A DNA stretch of 64,000 bases, taken from assembly GCA_039812705.1 (NCBI GenBank), contig JBDIBA010000001.1, positions 23,814 through 87,813 on the forward strand, written 5' to 3'. The number at the start of each line of letters is the position of its first letter. Position 1 is the stretch's first letter. A program made the position numbers and the translations under genes. Below, piece by piece: positions 35,675-43,552 of the stretch. A model generated the notes under the pieces. That model saw nothing but the letters and a program-made list of their open reading frames with translations, searched no databases and had not been told where the DNA came from. The DNA is from Acidimicrobiia bacterium (GTDB lineage: Bacteria > Actinomycetota > Acidimicrobiia > Acidimicrobiales > JBBSGY01).

Positions 35675-37609
35675 GTGAGTTTTGTTTCTATTCGCCGGGT
35701 TCTCTTCTCTTTTCTTGCTGTGGCCGTGTTCTCTTTTGGTCTGGCAGGCGTTCCGACAGCAGCCGTTGCCGCCCCAGGTGACCCAGGTTTTGGCTTGGGA
35801 GGTGGCGATCTAGTTGAGGCGAACGAGCAGGGTCAGCAAGCCCCTGGCGCCGTAACGGCGCCAGGGGAGCAGGCGACCACTCAGGCGCAAGGCGGGTTTG
35901 AGAGCCTGCAGCAAGCAGCCACGCTTGCTCCGCCCGATGATGCATGTGGACTCGGAGTCATCATCAACTTGGGCAAGTGCATTGCAAACATGTTCAAAGA
36001 AGCCGTGACCAAAACCATTGCCGCGCCGATTGTTGCCTTTTACAAATGGGGTGTCGAGGCGATGTCTTCGCTGACCGTTTCGATGATCAACTCGGTAATG
36101 GGTTGGCTTTTGGGTGACCCCAAAGAGGCTCCCGATGCAAGCTCTGACCATCAACACGGTCTGGGTGCGCCAAACCTGACTCAGGGTTGGTTTGCCACCA
36201 ACTTTGGAGTGACTCAACAGATTGCATTCTCGTTCATGCTGCCGCTGCTGATAATCGCGATCATTACCGCGGTCATCAGAGGCTCGCTGTTCTTTATGTT
36301 GCGCGCGCTGTTGATCATGACCCCAGTTGCTTTGCTTGGTACTCAAGCGATCGTCTTTTTGACGCGCTTGTTGTTGTGGATCAGCGACAACATGTCCAGC
36401 TACTTGGCTTCGGGTTTTCTTGTTGGTGAAGTAAAACCGTTGCAGGACAACATCACTGCACTTGCTGCTCATCTTGTAGACGTCCCGCTGGCCGTTGTTT
36501 GGCTGATTGTGATCATGCTTGCAGCGGTCGTCATTCTTTGTGAGTTGATCATTCGCGAATTGGGTATTTATCTGGCTGCGTTTTTCATGCCACTTGCACT
36601 GGCCGCAATGGTTTGGCCGGCTACGGCAAAGTTCGCAAGGCGACTTGCAGAAGTTCTGATTGCCTTGATTTTTTCGAAAGTGTTCATTGTCGCGGCGCTG
36701 TCGATTGGATTTGCTGCACTTGGAAAAGCCGACGTTGCAGTTAGCAACTCAACCGATGGCGGGGGTGCGATTGGCGCGGGCGAACTAGGTAGTTACATCA
36801 CCGGCGCTTGCATTTTCTTCATGGCGGCGTTTACCGGAATGAAGATCATAGAAATTGCGCCGGGTGCGTCAATGGCTGCTGAGGGTCAGTTGTCGCGTCC
36901 CGGAAGCATCATGAGCAAGGGTCACTACACCAGCTTTGCGCTTAGCAAAGCCAATGCTTTCTTCAGAAACCGAAACAGTGATCGTGCGACGCCTTCAGGG
37001 ACGTACCAGCCAACTCCAGGCGGAGGTGCATCGCCAAATCTTGGTCCTACAAGGCCCCAGCCTGGGCCGTCTTACGCTCCCGGCGGAGCCTTGCCATCCG
37101 GTAACGGCAGTGGTGGTCCAGGCGGGCCCCGAGGCGCTTTGGGTGGCGGTAATGGTTCCGGTGGACCCGGTGGCAACGGTTCCGGTGGACCTGCCGCTGC
37201 GGCCGGTGCAGCCGGCGCTGCAGGGGCAGCCGGTGGTCGCGGAAGCTCGCAACGCAGAGGACGCACGACCAACGGATCGGATCATGGCGGCAACGGTGGG
37301 CAGCGGCGACGGGGTCAATCGGCCACGCCTCCTGGCGGCGCCGGGCAGACGCAGACCCCCACCAACGTTGGGCCGGCGAGCTTTAATCAAGTCGGTAGCG
37401 ACGGGGTGGCGAACATCGTTGGGGGCAACTCGACCCTCAACCAAAAGGCGCCAACAGACCAAAAGGCACCAACAAGTAGTAGACCCGTTGTCGGGCGAGT
37501 GGTGCACAACGGGAACCCACAAAGCACACCGCCGCCACGGACGACGCCTCCACCACGGAGTACACCGCCGCGGACGACACCGCGACCGTCAAATGGCAGA
37601 GGCAAGTGA
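35675..37609 (+). CDS. Secreted/polytopic membrane protein, VirB6/TrbL-like candidate (copy 2) with a long Gly/Pro-rich C-terminal tail
   Basis: GTG 35675 has a GGAAAGGAG RBS. The signal peptide is VSFVSIRRVLFSFLAVAVFSFGLAGVPTAAVA. The TM core LCELIIRELGIYLAAFFMPLALAAMVWPATAKFARRLAEVLIALIFSK is paralogous to copy 1. The last ~190 aa are low-complexity (GNGSGGPGG, AAGAAGAAG, KAPTDQKAPT, TPPPRTTPPPR). Confidence 0.6.
   Translation: MSFVSIRRVLFSFLAVAVFSFGLAGVPTAAVAAPGDPGFGLGGGDLVEANEQGQQAPGAVTAPGEQATTQAQGGFESLQQAATLAPPDDACGLGVIINLGKCIANMFKEAVTKTIAAPIVAFYKWGVEAMSSLTVSMINSVMGWLLGDPKEAPDASSDHQHGLGAPNLTQGWFATNFGVTQQIAFSFMLPLLIIAIITAVIRGSLFFMLRALLIMTPVALLGTQAIVFLTRLLLWISDNMSSYLASGFLVGEVKPLQDNITALAAHLVDVPLAVVWLIVIMLAAVVILCELIIRELGIYLAAFFMPLALAAMVWPATAKFARRLAEVLIALIFSKVFIVAALSIGFAALGKADVAVSNSTDGGGAIGAGELGSYITGACIFFMAAFTGMKIIEIAPGASMAAEGQLSRPGSIMSKGHYTSFALSKANAFFRNRNSDRATPSGTYQPTPGGGASPNLGPTRPQPGPSYAPGGALPSGNGSGGPGGPRGALGGGNGSGGPGGNGSGGPAAAAGAAGAAGAAGGRGSSQRRGRTTNGSDHGGNGGQRRRGQSATPPGGAGQTQTPTNVGPASFNQVGSDGVANIVGGNSTLNQKAPTDQKAPTSSRPVVGRVVHNGNPQSTPPPRTTPPPRSTPPRTTPRPSNGRGK
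37081..37590 (+). repeat. Short tandem coding repeats / low-complexity Gly-Pro-Ala-Thr region
   Basis: The 24-nt unit ggyaayggttccggtggaccyg occurs twice at 37148-37195, with a diverged copy at ~37100. There are also GCN-GGN alternation at 37196-37238, a duplicated ccaaaaggc[g/a]ccaaca unit at ~37440-37475, and a TPPPR-coding repeat at ~37525-37590. Confidence 0.6.
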
Positions 37610-37741
37610 GTTTCGGCTCGATGTCGGGTGCCGAAACAGCGGTTCAGCAATTGGGCCTCGCTTTTTTCGGCAATTCACGGTATCCAGGATTAGAGAAGTG
37701 TTTTGGCCCGTGCGCACGAGGGCCGGAAGGAGTTACTGCTG

Positions 37742-39412
37742 ATGTCAGCAGTTAGGGGTTATGTTTTTGGCCCGCTGGAAAAGCGGGGAGCGTTAGCTGG
37801 TTTGCGTCTTGGGCAACTGGTCATCTTTGGTGTGGCCCTTGTTCTGGCGCTGATGATCTTCAGCTTGTCGTCAGTTATCGGCCAGGGCGCCTTGGTTATC
37901 GCACTTGGTGTGCTTGCTGGGGCCGTCGGTCTTGGATTCATCCAGCCGGGTGGTCGTGGAGTCGACGAGTGGATTCCGGTAATTTTTGCTTGGTTCATGA
38001 ACTCGGGAAACAAGGCGGGTTGGATTTCAACCATGCCGGCAATTGGCGATTTCAGTTATGAAGACCTAAGCAATCGCATTTCATTCGAGAACGAGCCTCC
38101 TCAACGCGGACCTCGTGGTCGCGGTCAGGCTGCAAACGCACGCTCGGCTCGTGGCGGACAACAACGCTCGCGTGGCATGGACTCGCGCGGCGGCAAGGGC
38201 TCCAAGGGTGGAAAGGGCGGACGGGGTCAGGTTGATCCTCGACTTATGTCGCGCGCATTGCCGCCATCGCTGCGAGGTCTGAAAATTCTCGACGTGCCGG
38301 TGGCTGAGGGCAACACAAGCATCGGCGTTGTTAAAGACGAAAAGTCAATGCTGTACACAGCTGTGCTGGCGGTTCGTGGTGACGCTTTTGCGTTGCTCGA
38401 TGCTGGCGAGAAAGCACGTCGCTTGCAGTCTTGGGCTGACGTGTTGGGCTCGATGGCGCGCCCAAGTAGCTACGTACACCGCGTGCAATGGATTGAACGC
38501 GCGGTTCCAGACGACGGTGACGCCTTCAACCGATACTTGGCCGAAGCCAAGGTTCAGTCTGACGACGCACCGACTGTCCGCTCTTACATCGACTTGTTGC
38601 AAGAGTTCGGTCCAATCTCGCAACAACACGAGACCTTCATCGCTGTTCAAATCAGCGCAGCTAGTGCTGGACGCATCATCAAGAAGGCCGGTGGAGGCGA
38701 CAAAGGGGCATGTCTTGTGCTGCTTCGCGAAGTACGCCAGTTGATGGAAAGCCTTTACGGCGCAGACATTCATGTTGATGGAGCACTTTCACCACGCTTG
38801 TTGAGCGGAGTCATTCGTAACGCCATTGACCCGTTGGGTCGTCGAGAGTTGGTGCGTCGTGGTCGTCGTGACCCAGAACGTGCCGGTGCATCACCCAAGA
38901 GCGCTTGGCCGATGGCAACACAAACGGCTTGGGACCACTACCGCACCGAGCGTGCCTATCACGCAACATTTTGGATTGCTGAGTGGCCGCGCTTGGAAGT
39001 GGGGCCAGACTTCATGGCGCCATTGATGGTGCGCACTCAACGCATTCGTACCGTGTCAATGGTCATGCAGCCGATTGACCCTGCCAAGGCGCAGCGAGAA
39101 GTTGAATCTGCGCACACGGCTTACGTTTCAGACGAAGAACTTCGTGGACGCGCGGGCTACATGCCAAACGAGCGCAGGCGCCGCGAACTCGAAGGTGTTT
39201 TGCGTCGCGAGCAGGAACTGGCAGACGGCTTTTCCGAGTACCGGTTTAGTGGCTATGTGTCTGTGACCGGCTCGACAATCGAAGAACTCGAAGAAGCTTG
39301 CAGCGAGGTTGAACAGTCTGCGTCACAAGCGCACATTGAACTGCGCAGGCTTTATGGCGAACAAGACGTAGCGTTTTCATGCGTGCTTCCACTTTGCAGG
39401 GGGCTCAACTAA
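37742..39412 (+). CDS. Membrane protein with a VirB3/PrgI-like two-TM N-terminus and a large cytoplasmic domain (VirB4 N-terminal-like; 'SCO6880-family'-like)
   Basis: ATG 37742 has a GGAAGGAG RBS. The N-terminus is GYVFGPLEKRGALAGLRLGQLVIFGVALVLALMIF followed by a second TM segment. An Arg/Gly-rich linker and a ~400-aa soluble domain without a P-loop follow. Its stop overlaps the next start (TAATG). The family name is from memory of PGAP naming and has not been verified. Confidence 0.55.
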   Translation: MSAVRGYVFGPLEKRGALAGLRLGQLVIFGVALVLALMIFSLSSVIGQGALVIALGVLAGAVGLGFIQPGGRGVDEWIPVIFAWFMNSGNKAGWISTMPAIGDFSYEDLSNRISFENEPPQRGPRGRGQAANARSARGGQQRSRGMDSRGGKGSKGGKGGRGQVDPRLMSRALPPSLRGLKILDVPVAEGNTSIGVVKDEKSMLYTAVLAVRGDAFALLDAGEKARRLQSWADVLGSMARPSSYVHRVQWIERAVPDDGDAFNRYLAEAKVQSDDAPTVRSYIDLLQEFGPISQQHETFIAVQISAASAGRIIKKAGGGDKGACLVLLREVRQLMESLYGADIHVDGALSPRLLSGVIRNAIDPLGRRELVRRGRRDPERAGASPKSAWPMATQTAWDHYRTERAYHATFWIAEWPRLEVGPDFMAPLMVRTQRIRTVSMVMQPIDPAKAQREVESAHTAYVSDEELRGRAGYMPNERRRRELEGVLRREQELADGFSEYRFSGYVSVTGSTIEELEEACSEVEQSASQAHIELRRLYGEQDVAFSCVLPLCRGLN

Positions 39413-40698
39413 TGCCAAAGATTCACGTTCCAGCTCACCGTGTTTCAACCGCTCACTTGCAAGCGGCCTATCCGTTCATTGCTGAAAGTGGTTTGGGTGG
39501 TCGTGGTGCGTTCATTGGTCAAGACCTGACCGGCGGTGGAAGCTTTTGTTACGACCCGTTCGAGCTTTACAAGGCCGGCGTTCTGACAGACCCGAACATG
39601 ATTCTTTTGGGCCACATTGGTCGCGGTAAGTCGTCGCTTGTGAAGACTTACATCATTCGCCAACAGGTTTTCGGTCGCAAAGCAGCCGTTATGGACCCGA
39701 AGGGTGAATACGACGACTTGGCAGCAGCCCTGGGCGTTACGCCATTGCGGTTGTCTCCCGGTGGTTCGATTCGTCTTAACCCGCTTGACCCTGGTCCCGG
39801 TGAACACGACTTGAGTGCCGATGTGACTATCGCGCGTCAAGAGACGCTGATGACTTCAATCAGTGAAGCGTCTCTAAACCGTCGTTTGGGTCCTGCTGAG
39901 CAGACCGCTTGTCGCATTGCCCTTGATCACGTCCGCGGTCGCAACACGCAGCCAACTATTCCTGAAGTTGCAAAGGCATTGCTGCACCCCAACCGCGCAT
40001 CGGCTGGTCGTGCACACACGACAGTTGAGCGCCTGACTGAAGACGGCCGCGAGATCGCATTGGAGTTGTTGCGTCTTTGTGAAGGTGACCTTCGGGGCAT
40101 GTTCGACGGTCAAACTTCTGTCGACGTTGACTGGGATGGTCCGCTGGTGATTGTTGACCTTTCCGCGTTGCACCAGTCAGACGCATTGCCGATCTTGATG
40201 ACGTGCGCCGCGGCTTGGTTGCAGGCGGCATTTGCGCGGCCTGGTGCTGGTAAGCGAATCATCGTGGTTGACGAGGCCTGGTCGATTCTTCGCACCATCG
40301 GCATTGCGCGATGGATGCAAGCAAACTTCAAGCTCAGTCGTGCGTACGGTATTCAGAACCTGATCGTTATGCACCGTGTGTCCGACCTCAAAGCAACGGG
40401 TGACGCAGGAAGTGAGCAGCGCCAGATTGCAGAGGGTTTGCTTGCCGACGCTGGAACGCGCGTTGTTTATGCGCAGTCCTCGGACGAGTTGGTTTCTGCA
40501 CGCGAGTTGTTGGGTCTTACGAGCACCGAAGCCGCGTTGTTGCCAAACCTCGGTAGGGGTGAGGCAGTTTGGAAGGTCGGCGGCCGTTCGTTCGTCGTGC
40601 GTCACCTTCTGGGCAACTCTGAGCGCGCATTGGTCGACACTGACAGCAGAATGTCCGGTGTGGCGCCAGTTCAAGACTTGAATCGAGACACGGCATGA
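39412..40698 (+). CDS. VirB4/TraC-type conjugation ATPase (C-terminal P-loop domain only)
   Basis: It has Walker A LLGHIGRGKSSLVK and Walker B RIIVVDEAWSIL, followed by IQNLIVMHRVSDL. It is located directly upstream of a VirD4-like gene with an ATGA overlap. Confidence 0.7.
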   Translation: MPKIHVPAHRVSTAHLQAAYPFIAESGLGGRGAFIGQDLTGGGSFCYDPFELYKAGVLTDPNMILLGHIGRGKSSLVKTYIIRQQVFGRKAAVMDPKGEYDDLAAALGVTPLRLSPGGSIRLNPLDPGPGEHDLSADVTIARQETLMTSISEASLNRRLGPAEQTACRIALDHVRGRNTQPTIPEVAKALLHPNRASAGRAHTTVERLTEDGREIALELLRLCEGDLRGMFDGQTSVDVDWDGPLVIVDLSALHQSDALPILMTCAAAWLQAAFARPGAGKRIIVVDEAWSILRTIGIARWMQANFKLSRAYGIQNLIVMHRVSDLKATGDAGSEQRQIAEGLLADAGTRVVYAQSSDELVSARELLGLTSTEAALLPNLGRGEAVWKVGGRSFVVRHLLGNSERALVDTDSRMSGVAPVQDLNRDTA

Positions 40699-42821
40699 GT
40701 GGTCAACAGGGAGGAAGCGGCGGCAATAACGACAACTTGATCATTGGCGGAATCGCGCTGGTTTTCGCGTTGATGGTGGTGTTTTCCATCACTGGTTGGG
40801 TTTCCAGCCTGATTGCCAGTGGCGGCCGCAGTGTGCCGAGTGCTGGCGTGTCAGAGATGTTGCCGATTGTTTTCAAGCTGCTTTCGAATCCAGGCGAGCC
40901 AAACTTGGCTTGGCCCGAAGCCGATCAGCAGGTCGTGCCCGGCGCCGGGCTGTTCTACGGAACCTTCATTTTGTTGCTTGTGTTCCTTGGCGCCGTTGCT
41001 TGGGCGGGGTACCGCTTTTACCAAGAGCGTGTTTCTGGCGGTTCCGGCAAGCTTGGTCAGAAGTCCACGCAGTGGGCACGCAAGTCAGACATCAAGCAGT
41101 TGGTTGTGCGAGAGACAACGCCGGGTCGCTTGACCCTTGGTCGTGTTGGCAACGCGCTGATTGCCACAGAGCTTCGTCACTCGGTAATCGTCATGGGGCC
41201 AACCCAGTCCGGTAAGACGACCGGGCTCGCCGTTCCCGCCATTCTTGAATGGGAGGGTCCGGTTATTGCCACGTCAGTTAAGAATGACTTGGCCGAAGAC
41301 ACCCTTGAGTGGCGCAAGCGCAAGGGAGAGGTGTGGGTCTATGACCCCACCGCTGCAACGGGCTTGCCGACGTCAACATGGTCGCCACTTGATGGCGCGC
41401 GCGACTGGGCCGGTGCGAAGAAGATTGCCGCGTGGTTGACAAGCGCTGCGAAGAGCAACTCAAAAGGCCTTTCAGATGGCGACTTTTGGTACTCGGCTGC
41501 GGGCAAGTTGCTTGGTCCTCATCTGTTCGCTGCAGCGGCTAGCGGGTACACGATGGCCGATGTCGTTCGTTGGATTGACACCCAAGAGGAATACGAAGTC
41601 CGCGCATTGTTGGCTGCAATTCCAGGGCCCGACGGCGAGGACGCCATGCGTGCAGCAGATGCTTCATGGCAACGTGAAGACCGCGCGCGAAGCTCCATTT
41701 ACACAACCGCAGAAGTCGTCATTGACGCTTACAGCGACCCGACGGTTCTGCTTTCTGCTCGCGGCAGCGAGATTCAGGCCAAGAAGTTCTTGGATGGTGG
41801 ACAGCACACGTTGTATGTGTGTGCTCCTTCACACGAACAAGACCGCTTGCGTCCGGTGTTCTCGACTCTGTTGCGTCAGATCATCCGCGCGGCATACGAC
41901 CAGGCGCCGCTGCGTCCGGGGCGTCGCCTCGACCCGTCCATGCTCATCGTGTTGGACGAGGCCGCAAACATTGCACCGCTAGACGACTTGGACTCCATTG
42001 CTTCAACCTGTTCAGGTTTGGGTATTCAGTTGGTGACCGTTTGGCAGGACATGGCGCAGATCAACAACCGCTACGGCGACCGCGCTCAGACTGTTGTTAA
42101 CAACCACCGCGCAAAGGTCGTGTTGTCGGGTATCTCTGACACGTCGACATTGGACTACGTCTCGCGCTTGATTGGTAACGAAGAAGTCAGTTCGACCTCG
42201 ACAACTCGCGATGCGCAAGGCTCAAAGTCGACAACGACTTCGACTTCTGACAAGAACCTTGCTCCTGCTGACATTGTTCGTCGCATCAAGATGAACGAGG
42301 GCGTGCTTATTTATGGAGCATTGCTGCCGGCGCGTCTGCATTTGCGACCTTGGTATAACAACAAGCGTTTGTCAGCCATGCGAAACAACGACCTTGGAAC
42401 CGTGCGCGCGGTCGACGCAGCTTCGGGCTCAGGTTCGCCTTCAGGTGCGACCAACGGTGCGACTAACGGAAAGCCGGCAGCTGCTGCCGGTCGGTCTCGT
42501 CGCGGTAATGGACTTGCCATGAAGCTCAACGACTGGGCCATGCGTCTGCAGGCCTATGCCGAGGAGCAGAACCAGCGCGCCCAGCAGGCACGCACCAACG
42601 ACCCGCGTGCCGCCAAGGGCGGTCGGGGCAACGGCGGTCGCAATCCACGCCCAGCAGCGGGACGCCGCGACGCTCAGATGGGTCGACCACCTGGCGGGCA
42701 GCCCGACCGTCCTCGCGTGAGCCCCAATGGTCGTCCTCCTCGTCCCAACCCATCGGGTTCGTCTGGTTCTTCTGGATCGTCTGGTTCTGCTCAGCTCGGC
42801 CGTCCGCGCCGCCCAAGCTGA
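40695..42821 (+). CDS. Type IV coupling protein (VirD4/TraG/TraD family) with a low-complexity C-terminal tail
   Basis: It has two N-terminal TM helices, Walker A VIVMGPTQSGKTTGLAVP and Walker B SMLIVLDEAANIAPL, plus LVTVWQDMAQI. The last ~135 aa are Gly/Arg/Pro/Ser-rich. Confidence 0.75.
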   Translation: MSGQQGGSGGNNDNLIIGGIALVFALMVVFSITGWVSSLIASGGRSVPSAGVSEMLPIVFKLLSNPGEPNLAWPEADQQVVPGAGLFYGTFILLLVFLGAVAWAGYRFYQERVSGGSGKLGQKSTQWARKSDIKQLVVRETTPGRLTLGRVGNALIATELRHSVIVMGPTQSGKTTGLAVPAILEWEGPVIATSVKNDLAEDTLEWRKRKGEVWVYDPTAATGLPTSTWSPLDGARDWAGAKKIAAWLTSAAKSNSKGLSDGDFWYSAAGKLLGPHLFAAAASGYTMADVVRWIDTQEEYEVRALLAAIPGPDGEDAMRAADASWQREDRARSSIYTTAEVVIDAYSDPTVLLSARGSEIQAKKFLDGGQHTLYVCAPSHEQDRLRPVFSTLLRQIIRAAYDQAPLRPGRRLDPSMLIVLDEAANIAPLDDLDSIASTCSGLGIQLVTVWQDMAQINNRYGDRAQTVVNNHRAKVVLSGISDTSTLDYVSRLIGNEEVSSTSTTRDAQGSKSTTTSTSDKNLAPADIVRRIKMNEGVLIYGALLPARLHLRPWYNNKRLSAMRNNDLGTVRAVDAASGSGSPSGATNGATNGKPAAAAGRSRRGNGLAMKLNDWAMRLQAYAEEQNQRAQQARTNDPRAAKGGRGNGGRNPRPAAGRRDAQMGRPPGGQPDRPRVSPNGRPPRPNPSGSSGSSGSSGSAQLGRPRRPS

Positions 42822-42904
42822 TTTCGAGCTTGTTTCGCCGGTCTCGTTGGGCGGTCATCAAATGAGCGAACCACGGGAAGCCAAGGCGCGCTAATTTCGC
42901 GGCG

Positions 42905-43519
42905 ATGGTTTCTAACGCCGTTGAGCTTCACGGTCCTCGCGTAGTCATACGGCCCTTGGTTCCTGGCGATTTCAAGCAATGGAGCGAAGTCCGCGTTCGC
43001 TGTGGCGAGTGGCTGACGAAGTGGGAGCCCGCTCCATTGCCCGGTTACCCCGACATTTCCACCGATAAGCACGCCTTTTCGCGCCGTTGTGCCATGAGGG
43101 ACAGGGAATGGAACGCGGGCACGGCCTTTGGCTTCGGCATTTTTCGCGACGGTCGGTTCATGGGCGAGGTGAACATCAACAGCGTGCAGCGTGGCCCGTT
43201 TCAGAATGCCTACGTTGGTTATTGGATTGACCGCGATTGTGCAGGCAACGGGTATATGCCCGAGGCCGTGGCTTTGGTCCTGGCCTTTGCTTTCGAGGAG
43301 ATTCATCTGCATCGCATCCAGATCAGCGTGATCCCTCGCAACAACTCCAGCAGGCGGGTTGCCGAGAAGTTGCGGCTCCGCGAGGAGGGAATTGCAGATC
43401 GCTATCTCGAGATAAATGGCGTTTGGGAAGATCACGTTAGGTACGGAATTACGTCAGAAGACTGGCAGCTCAAGCGCGATTTCTATATCAGGCACTTCCT
43501 TGGCGGCACCTTTTCATAA
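42905..43519 (+). CDS. GNAT-family acetyltransferase, RimJ/RimL-like
   Basis: It contains VVIRPLVPGDFKQW, YVGYWIDRDCAGNGYMPEAV, and HRIQISVIPRNNSSRRVAEKLRLREEG, a pattern typical of ribosomal-protein N-acetyltransferases. Confidence 0.75.
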   Translation: MVSNAVELHGPRVVIRPLVPGDFKQWSEVRVRCGEWLTKWEPAPLPGYPDISTDKHAFSRRCAMRDREWNAGTAFGFGIFRDGRFMGEVNINSVQRGPFQNAYVGYWIDRDCAGNGYMPEAVALVLAFAFEEIHLHRIQISVIPRNNSSRRVAEKLRLREEGIADRYLEINGVWEDHVRYGITSEDWQLKRDFYIRHFLGGTFS

Positions 43520-43552
43520 ACCTTTTGTTCACTCGGGCAATATCATGGAGGC

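Noticed and set aside
32025-42821. Tad/Flp pilus or type VII (ESX) secretion locus as an alternative reading of the ParA-like ATPase plus membrane-protein cluster
   Set aside because: I saw no TadA/CpaF-type hexameric secretion ATPase, no TadB/C, and no prepilin peptidase. I also saw no EccB/C/D, MycP or WXG100 genes. The two P-loop proteins carry VirB4-type and VirD4/TraG-type motif contexts instead.
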